Part shown: piece by piece, positions 11,512 through 19,252 of the stretch | Layout of the letters: every line of letters starts with the position of its first letter | Position numbering within the stretch: position 1 is the stretch's first letter | Assembly: GCA_024626585.2 (NCBI GenBank) | Contig: JANKJI020000002.1 | Coordinates: forward strand, 233,234,540-233,253,791 | DNA length: 19,252 bases | Direction: 5' to 3' | Source of the DNA: Ginkgo biloba | Taxonomy: Eukaryota > Plantae > Ginkgophyta | The notes under the pieces: model-generated | The model's database searches: none | The model's input: the letters and a program-made list of their open reading frames with translations, nothing else | Told to the model about the DNA's origin: nothing | Translations under genes and position numbers: made by a program

Positions 11512-12879
11512 AGTAGTGTCTAGACAAGAGCCTCCAATACTAGTATCAAAGCCAAGTGAGACCCAATCATGCTAGAGAAGTAGCTAGAAACCTTTTTATG
11601 ACGATTAGAAGGCATAAAGAGATGGAACATACCCAACATATGTGTACCAAAAAGGGCATCTAGTGTGTTGTATGTCCAAGTTGCAACAAGGAATACAAGT
11701 GGAGAGGATAATTATTCTAAAAAGGATAAATGAAAATGACACTTGACAATGAAGAGAAACATTCATCGAGGGTAGTTAGCTCAAGGAGACATGGGGAGAT
11801 TCTCCAACCTAGACAAGTGCTATATGGACAAAGAACCCTTCTCTGTTTTGACCAAGCAGATGACCAATCTGCTTGGAAGCATGTGACTAAAACATAGGGT
11901 TACTCATCCCCTTGAAAAAGAGTCAACATAAGCCTATGTTCCAATCAAAAAATAACATTTTAAGGCCTTATCCAAGCTAATCAATGAATTAGGAAACGTT
12001 GCAAATGCCCAAAAGTGAAATTGGACCCATAGATCAAACAAAAAGCCAACAGAGACTAACAAGAGCAACCTTTTAGGTAACCAGAATTAACCTAAGACTA
12101 GTTAAGGTGACATGAACTTAGATAAGATGGCATGAGACCTACCCATGACATTGTTTGTGTGCATGTTTGCACAGTGTATATACATACTAATCCTTACCTA
12201 TGGCAAATAATTGCCACCTACCAGATATTAAATATATTTAGTGCATTTAATATTGATATAATACCTATTGCATAGTATCTATTGATATTTTTTAAAAACC
12301 ATTGAATATTTATGAATGATATTATCACATTACATGAAATAAGATTACTTACTATTATGTTTTGAATAAATTATTATTTTATAAATGGAAGGGTAGTGGT
12401 TGTCAGTAGGAGATGGTTTTCCATCTATCAAAACTTAAATGCATTTAATGTATTTAATATTGATAGAGTAACCCGTGGTGTTTAAAAAAAAAATGATATA
12501 ATACTTATTAGTGATATGTATAGAATATGATTATAACCTATACATTAATTTAAATTGTGTAAAATGTAGATTTATTTATTATTATATTTTTGATATTTTA
12601 TTATTTTATAATTAGGGGATTGATCACACATGGATTGAGTAAATAGTATAGATAGATTTATTGTTATATTTTTAATAATTTATTATTTCATAATTTTGAG
12701 GTGAGTAACATATTTTATTTAAGCATATAGNNNNNNNNNNNNNNNNNNNNNNNNNNNNNNNNNNNNNNNNNNNNNNNNNNNNNNNNNNNNNNNNNNNNNN
12801 NNNNNNNNNNNNNNNNNNNNNNNNNNNNNNNNNNNNNNNNNNNNNNNNNNNNNNNNNNNNNNATGGTGCATAACAAGTA

Positions 12880-12960
12880 GTGAGGAATGATGAATTACGT
12901 CATACTTAAGCCTCCTTAAATATGTCTCAAAGTGGTACATCCTGTTTGGTGTCGACTCAA
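12880..12960 (-). mobile_element. Possible tiny CACTA/En-Spm transposase relic
   Basis: RMYHFETYLRRLKYDV resembles the CACTA transposase motif WMYPFERYxxxLKxYV. The support is only about 15 aa. Confidence 0.35.
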
Positions 12961-13599
12961 TATGTAGGCTCATGCCACTTCATTTTTCTTTGCAAAATAG
13001 TCAATTTAACCCTTAGAGATTGGAACTAGGGTTTAAGAATCCATTTTAGGCTATTTAACCCCTTAAAAGATGGTGTTAAGGTTTAGGAAGGCTTGTTTTA
13101 TCCTTTTGACCCTTTTAAGGGTCCCACCATCATTATTAGCCACTAGTTTGAGGATTGACATGCTTAACTCCTAGTTAAGATCCTCCTTAGCCTTCTTTAA
13201 GATAGTTTAAGTCATTTTAATATCTAAAGACTTCTTTACACCTTTTTCTCCTTCAAATTCCCCCTTTGACCTACCTTTGACCACACATGTCTGGATTGTG
13301 ACAGGAATGATGGAGGAAAATCTTTAAATACGAATTGATATTGCCGAAAATGTCATGAGTATCATCATACGGAAGTGACGGGTTAAATAACAACGAGAGT
13401 GGGATTGAATCCCCATCCAATACTTTGAAATTCGGCTTAATATTCTACCAACTATCAATGTCATTTACAATTTAAAGGAACCCCCTAGTCAATGTCGCCC
13501 ATGGCATGTTAGATAAACAATGGCAATAGAAACAACCATGATAATGATATTGACAATTACAGTAGCAATGGTAACAGTATCTACAACAAGGAGGTAGCC

Positions 13600-14340
13600 A
13601 ACCCTAGTGCATCATGGTCCATAATGATAATGCATTTTTAGGATTATGCTATGAAGGTATCCATGAACCAGCAAATCATCCAACATTGTTTAAAAATATT
13701 CTTTTGCACTATTCAAAAATATTCTTGATATCAAAGGTATAACCATTGAGATATTCGGAAGTCTTGTTTCTTCATCATGTGGCAAGGTGCCACCATAACA
13801 CTTTATAACCCAACAAGGGTAGAAGTACAAAAGCTATTCCTTATAGATTTCAAAATTTGTACAAGCTTCTCACCATTATAAGCAATGTAAGATCTTTGCC
13901 AAACCCTAGGAAAAACTGTCAAAGATTTCTCATCAGTGTACTACTTAGTTGATGTTATGTCTCCACCATATTTGTTGAAAATGTTCCTATATGGATTGTT
14001 ACCAAAAGTACATAAGATAATGAAATTGCACCCAACCGTAACTTACTAACAAGAGATTTGGCATTAACCTTAAAAAATCAACATATGTATTAACACTACA
14101 TTTGCACAATTAGCTATATTATATATGCCAACTCTTGACATTGAGGTTGAGAAGTCATGTGAAGAGCTAGTTGCCTTACAGGTACAAGTTGCATCCCCAA
14201 AAATATATGACCCCATAGCAGAACCTAGAGGTGAAGTCATAGATTTGTATCAAAAACTAACAAATCGAGAATGACTATGTGGAGGCACATGATATCCACC
14301 ACCATGCAAATTGCAAGAACACATGCGGAATAAACATTTT
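13600..14340 (+). mobile_element. Decayed Ty3/gypsy-type gag fragment (family copy C, opposite orientation)
   Basis: QTLGKTVKDF...YLLKMFLYGLLPKVHKIMKLHPTVTY*Q...LALTLKNQ...IEVEKSCEELVALQVQ...PCKLQEHMRNKH aligns by eye with copies A and B. Boundaries are approximate. Confidence 0.75.
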
Positions 14341-14904
14341 GTGGAAGAATAAAAAATTGTTGAGCTATGATGAAATGTTTGAAAGAATGATTCTCATATA
14401 TTTTAGTCCAATAAAATCTAGGCAAATTTCACCATAAGAAAAGGGAAAGAGGGCAAGTTAAGCAATAAAGTCAGTAAAAATGTATTACAACTTATGATTG
14501 CATTGCTTGGAGAAGTATTTAGAGAGAACGGCAAGCAAAGGAAGGCCCAAGAGTTAAGCCATAGTAGGGCCTCTCTAATACGGTGATGACATGTAGNNNN
14601 NNNNNNNNNNNNNNNNNNNNNNNNNNNNNNNNNNNNNNNNNNNNNNNNNNNNNNNAAGTCTAGTAGTGCTATGGAGGTTTTCAGTTGGTTTCGTAATAAC
14701 TTCAGGAGTTGTAAGAGATTGGGCAACTTTCTGGCTTAGATTCCTGTTCTTTTGGCTTAGGGCTCTAGTTTTCTTCTCTTGTCTTCAAATATAATGTTGC
14801 ATGGTTGGGTGTCTGAGTTTGAGACTATCAAATGTCTGGTGCATATTGAAGTTAATTAACTTGCAAGACAATGCTCTGACTTTCAAATGGCATTCGTTAG
14901 ATCA

Positions 14905-15150
14905 TGACCTGTGGATGTATGCAAAGGGTTGATCCTGTGAATCCACGAGTGGGCAGGATCGAGTTAAATGCACACTACTGGGAGGATTGATTTTGACGAT
15001 ATGCAAAAAGGATGGGCATCAATTGCATAGTGACCTAGCGCGTGTTTGGAGGGTTGATCCTATGGATCCATGAGTGAGAAGGATTGAGTACATGGATCCA
15101 CACGGCAAATTAATTCTGAAGATCCGCAAAAGGTATGATCCTTGTATGTA
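14905..15150 (+). repeat. Degenerate direct repeat, period about 125 bp
   Basis: gggttgatcctgtgaatccacgagtgggcaggatcgagt at 14926 versus gggttgatcctatggatccatgagtgagaaggattgagt at 15051. Confidence 0.7.
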
Positions 15151-15301
15151 AGGGATTACAGTGCTCTAAAATATGAAATGATGGTTAGATATGGTGTTCT
15201 TGGCTTGATGCTAGGGGATCATCTAGCATACAAGTCCCATACCTTCAATCCTACAAGATACCCATGCTTCATAAGCTTGCTACTTAGAAGTCAAGCATCA
15301 G

Positions 15302-15370
15302 GTTGATCCCATGGTAGAAAAGGATCCTTTTTCCACTAATCTTTCTTTGGTTGAGACTTGATGCAGGTTC
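15302..15370 (+). repeat. Dispersed repeat segment, copy 2 (partner at 11443-11511)
   Basis: gttgatcccatggtagaaaaggatcctttttccactaatctttctttggttgagacttgatgcaggttc. Confidence 0.75.
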
Positions 15371-16297
15371 CACAAGTATCAAAACAAGAGCCTGCGACAC
15401 AAAATAGATACCATATATGCATCCCATTTTCTTGATCTGGACTTGAACTGTTTAATGATGAGGCCATCACGAAAGTTAATTGTGGTGGTAAGAAATTAGT
15501 TTGAAGCACAATGAGTGGTCAGTAACATGGGTTTGCTCNNNNNNNNNNNNNNNNNNNNNNNNNNNNNNNNNNNNNNNNNNNNNNNNNNNNNNNNNNNNNN
15601 NNNNNNNNNNNNNNNNNNNNNNNNNNNNNNNNNNNNNNNNNNNNNNNNNNNNNNNNNNNNNNNNNNNNNNNNNNNNNNNNNNNNNNNNNNNNNNNNNNNN
15701 NNNNNNNNNNNNNNNNNNNNNNNNNNNNNNNNNNNNNNNNNNNNNNNNNNNNNNNNNNNNNNNNNNNNNNNNNNNNNNNNNNNNNNNNNNNNNNNNNNNN
15801 NNNNNNNNNNNNNNNNNNNNNNNNNNNNNNNNNNNNNNNNNNNNNNNNNNNNNNNNNNNNNNNNNNNNNNNNNNNNNNNNNNNNNNNNNNNNNNNNNNNN
15901 NNNNNNNNNNNNNNNNNNNNNNNNNNNNNNNNNNNNNNNNNNNNNNNNNNNNNNNNNNNNNNNNNNNNNNNNNNNNNNNNNNNNNNNNNNNNNNNNNNNN
16001 NNNNNNNNNNNNNNNNNNNNNNNNNNNNNNNNNNNNCGATATGTAGTTAGCAATCAGCCAAGTAGATGTCCTTCAAGGACCAACTCCTTGTATCTTAAAC
16101 CTTCAAAAAATAAGACTCAACACACTCACAGATGAAGCAAAAAAGACATAATATATGTCCCATCTTACGTAAATTGCAAACTTTATAATCCCATATTTTT
16201 GGGCTGAAGTCTACCATGCCTGTATAAGAATAGGATATAAGATCTGAGATAAAAAAATTAAGTTTGCAGCAATAAGCATAAGATGAGGAATGATCAC

Positions 16298-16363
16298 CTT
16301 ATAAAACTCAGGGAGATTATGCATTCTAAATACTTCATCGACAGCATGTATCTGCTTAGATAT
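16298..16363 (-). CDS. USB1: USB1-like coding exon (66 bp)
   Basis: Acceptor ttttcgtgcag|ATA and donor AAG|gtgatc, phase 0 at both ends. Translates ISKQIHAVDEVFRMHNLPEFYK, the conserved LPEFY block preceding the second HxS. Confidence 0.93.
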
Positions 16364-17239
16364 CTGCACGAAAAACAACAAAAAAACTAGTATCAACAAG
16401 CTTCTATAACCATAATTTTTTATCTATACCCAGTCATATGCACTACAAAGAGAGAACATGATCTTCCAGATGAAAATGCTGAAATAAGAAGCTGACGGTA
16501 TGCAGTCGTCTATGGTTAAACAGGATTAACATCTACAATGAAGAGAGAGCATTCAGTCATTCTGCTGAATGTGATCCACAACACTTCAAAGAGGCATCCA
16601 TTTCAGATTGCAAATTACTGAATGAAAAATGGATCCATGATATTCAAGCTAAGAGAAAGAGAGACCTCAAGTAAGAAGACAATCAGAAACCAGAAGATGC
16701 AACTGTGAAAAAAGCACCTAGTAAAAATTTAGAAAAGTGGCAAAATACAGCAACAAAAGGACCCTGCAGGATGTGGACACAAGGGAAGCAACTCTATAGG
16801 GTAAAGGACCATTACAGACAAGGCAATAAATTAATGATTCACCATCCAGCTTACCAGGCAAGGATTGAAATAAAAGAATATGATGAAGAGAACGTGAAGA
16901 AAAAACTGACATGAAACATTGGTAAAAATGGATGCCAAGGATCTCTAGATGACTTTTCTATGCCTCCTGGGGCATCATACCTGTACCTGAACCATTTCTG
17001 ATATGAATAGACACAGGAAATTGCACGACAATGACTGGGATACATTCCCAAGCCATATACCAACTACACCCACAGCAGATACCCGTAATCACCACGTCCA
17101 GCAATGTGATTAAAAGAAATAGAGTATAGATGAAAATCAGCAGGAAGAACCTTGACATGTTGCCAACCATAATGTTTCAATATTTCTTGTGAATTGCAAA
17201 GGCTGTTAACCATTGAAATACTTTGAATCCAAGGGTTTC

Positions 17240-17469
17240 GACTGATGTCTGAAATTTTTCGATAATAGTTGTTAGCTCTTGAATAGTTACATCTGATGCA
17301 TTTTGAACTGTGAATAGAATAGCTTAGGATTTGCTTTCAAAATCACTTTCAGGTGGTGGATGACTGATGTCTGAAAGCTTTTGATAATAGTTGTTACCTC
17401 CTGAAAGGATCCCTGATGCATTTTGAAGTGTCAATGGAAAAGCTTAGGATTTGTTTTTCAAAAATCACT
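17240..17469 (+). repeat. Tandem duplication of a ~108-bp unit (17240-17347 and 17362-17469) in a USB1 intron
   Basis: Both units read gactgatgtctgaaa...gataatagttgtta...ctgatgcattttgaa...agcttaggatttg...tcaaaatcact, with a period of 122 bp. Confidence 0.9.
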
Positions 17470-17919
17470 CAATTGGGATTTTAATCCACTCATTCCAGTC
17501 CCTTCCAAACTTTTAGCCCAGCATTCTTGTTATTGATTATGTAACATTGACTTATTTTTATTTAATAATAAGAAATGCAGTGCAGTACATTGCTTACGTC
17601 ACAATGATCCTACAAAGTGTATCTAGCCAAATTCTGTAGCTTTCTCAGTTCCCAAACAAAAACACAAATAAGTGATATATAGAATACATTTCCCCCATGA
17701 CAAATGTTTCCGTTTACTTAAATGTTTGCTTAAGAATCATATCACCTGAAGTTTTCAACATTCCCATGCTTCACTCCATGAATGAAAACTTAGCAATGTT
17801 GACCCTCATATTTGATANNNNNNNNNNNNNNNNNNNNNNNNNNNAAGACAAACACCTAAAAGCTGCTGAGGATGGCATATAATCACCCATTACGTAACAT
17901 TCATGAAAATACTCCATAC

Positions 17920-18016
17920 CTCAGATAAGCCTCCAGATGTAACTTCCATTGCAAGAAAAGATCTTGTTTGGTCATCATTGATAAACACCTCCCACTTGCC
18001 AAATTCTATCCAGTGT
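17920..18016 (-). CDS. USB1: USB1-like coding exon (97 bp; not in the ORF track)
   Basis: Acceptor ggacag|A and donor GAG|gtatgg. A phase-2 join completes CGA (Arg). Translates HWIEFGKWEVFINDDQTRSFLAMEVTSGGLSE, the conserved USB1 F.NDD.TRSFL block. Confidence 0.93.
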
Positions 18017-18218
18017 CTGTCCCATTAAAAATCACCAAAAAAAAAAGGGAAACAGCTAAGAAACAATACAGAACAAAAATTGAAGACAAGGGACTGCTAC
18101 TAATGTTATCTGTGCACTACCAGAATTTCTCATCAAATCTTACAAGTTGAGCCACATACATATCTAGGATTTACTTTGAATACGATCCTAACATATTACA
18201 CCTTCATTGAACCCTTAC

Positions 18219-18477
18219 CGCTTCTGTNNNNNNNNNNNNNNNNNNNNNNNNNNNNNNNNNGAGTCTATCTGATGAACCCGAATCGCCACGGTCCTTGATA
18301 AGCTAATATGGAACTGTTTGGCTAGGACTGTTCCATCGACCTGAGCGGCATCTTTATTTTTCAGATGTTCTGAGCAAAGTGGCAAATCAGTGTCAATTGC
18401 ATGGAGTTCTGGTACAAGCACACCCGCTTTCTTCACTAAGGGAGCTAACACTTTTCTGGCAACAGATGATATGTTAA
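18219..18477 (-). CDS. USB1: USB1-like U6 snRNA phosphodiesterase, internal coding exon carrying the first HxS motif
   Basis: Acceptor ctgcag|TT at 18477 and donor CG|gtaagg at 18219. Translates NISSVARKVLAPLVKKAGVLVPELHAIDTDLPL...AKQFHISLSRTVAIRVHQIDS[33 N]QKR. This matches the plant USB1 pattern FHISLxRxVxxRVHQI as I recall it. The 33-N gap preserves frame. Confidence 0.93.
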
Positions 18478-18544
18478 CTGCAGTGACNNNNNNNNNNGGT
18501 CAAAGCAAGAATATAAAGCTTTGGCGTGCTTAGTAACCTATTTT

Positions 18545-18984
18545 TGTTAAAACTGGGTATGTCCCTCGAGTACAGTTCCCCAGTTACAGATGTAGAAGAA
18601 CATTATGACAGAAGGGTGTATTAATGTGTGTCAACCATCATCCATTCAATGTACACAAATAACACAGAAAAAATATATGCATTCGTCACAAATGAAGGTA
18701 CATATTAGGACCAACTGGATCTCAAGACTAAAGTAGGACACTCGTGCCTGCTCTTGATGCCCACGAGTTTTGAAGCAGGAGCCCCTTATAGGATGGGAGA
18801 AGCCTTGTATAACAATGACAGTTGCAGATACATCCATAACTTCCCGACTAATCACTCTCTTAGTCCCACTTATTACTTTGGTCCTGCCCAACAGACTTGC
18901 CCAACTCTTAGTCCTGCCCAAGATACAACACACTTTAGTCCTCTGTTGACGGCAGTTTGGTCTCTCACGAAAACAGGGTTAACA
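18545..18984 (-). mobile_element. Candidate LTR-like element (about 440 bp) in the upstream USB1 intron
   Basis: TG...CA termini with an imperfect inverted repeat (TGTTAAAACTG versus reverse-complemented TGTTAACCCTG). Internal short repeats (ttagtcc/ttggtcc...tgcccaa) at about 18855-18945. TATAAG on the minus strand near 18790. No TSD is seen. Confidence 0.4.
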
Positions 18985-19252
18985 TGATGAATGTGGTACC
19001 ACTGAGTCTTAACAGCAAGGCCATTGCTCTCACCAACAGCTTAGCATTAGGGTGGTTGGCCACATTGAGATGGTAACCTTGAGGCGCAACTCCACTAACA
19101 GTCAACTTGTTTAGAATCAGCAGTCATGTCTTTAGCTATATAGTTATGCATAAAGAACAAGTACATACATAAATGAAGTTTTAACACGTCACAAAATTAT
19201 GTTGTTCACTATCTTAGTCATAGAAAGAAGAAAAGAGACCGTATTATGTGTA

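Larger units (their letters stand above)
1916..16297 (-). other. Very large terminal GT-AG intron of USB1 (14,382 bp as assembled, including N gaps)
   Basis: GT at 16297-16296 and AG at 1917-1916. The spliced join gives contiguous EFYK|NPRPHIS. Confidence 0.85.

Noticed and set aside
12200-12730. Very AT-rich tract as a regulatory element or MITE
   Set aside because: No terminal inverted repeats or defined motif could be established.
15496-16135. Long ORFs of 181-206 aa in the ORF track
   Set aside because: Almost entirely N-gap artefacts. The same applies to the other X-rich ORFs.
17240-17469. Tandem box C/D snoRNAs
   Set aside because: TGATG/CTGA-like words are on the strand antisense to the host gene, and there is no proper RUGAUGA...CUGA terminal arrangement.
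18498-19252. Upstream USB1 exon(s)
   Set aside because: No RSFPH..GN.A.HVY-like translation was found on the minus strand; the 5' exons are presumably beyond the window.

Overview
Eukaryotic, AT-rich, gap-ridden plant genomic scaffold. A large-genome seed plant such as a gymnosperm is inferred from intron size and TE style. The only host gene is on the minus strand: the last four coding exons of a USB1/Mpn1-like U6 snRNA 2H-phosphodiesterase (18477-18219, 18016-17920, 16363-16298, 1915-1703). All visible junctions are GT-AG and phase-compatible, both HxS catalytic motifs are present, and the 5' exon(s) are not in the window. The terminal intron spans about 14.4 kb as assembled. It is a graveyard of decayed retroelements: three copies of one Ty3/gypsy-type gag family (one with up to four zinc knuckles), a related knuckle-protease fragment, a CRM-like gypsy RT, and a Ty1/copia 3' end plus LTR inserted in a gypsy protease. 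There are also small tandem and dispersed repeats. I see no convincing novel biological system. The most interesting items are the giant TE-filled intron separating the two catalytic motifs, the multi-knuckle gag family, and a few unassigned coding-like relics. All translations were done by hand and no database was searched.
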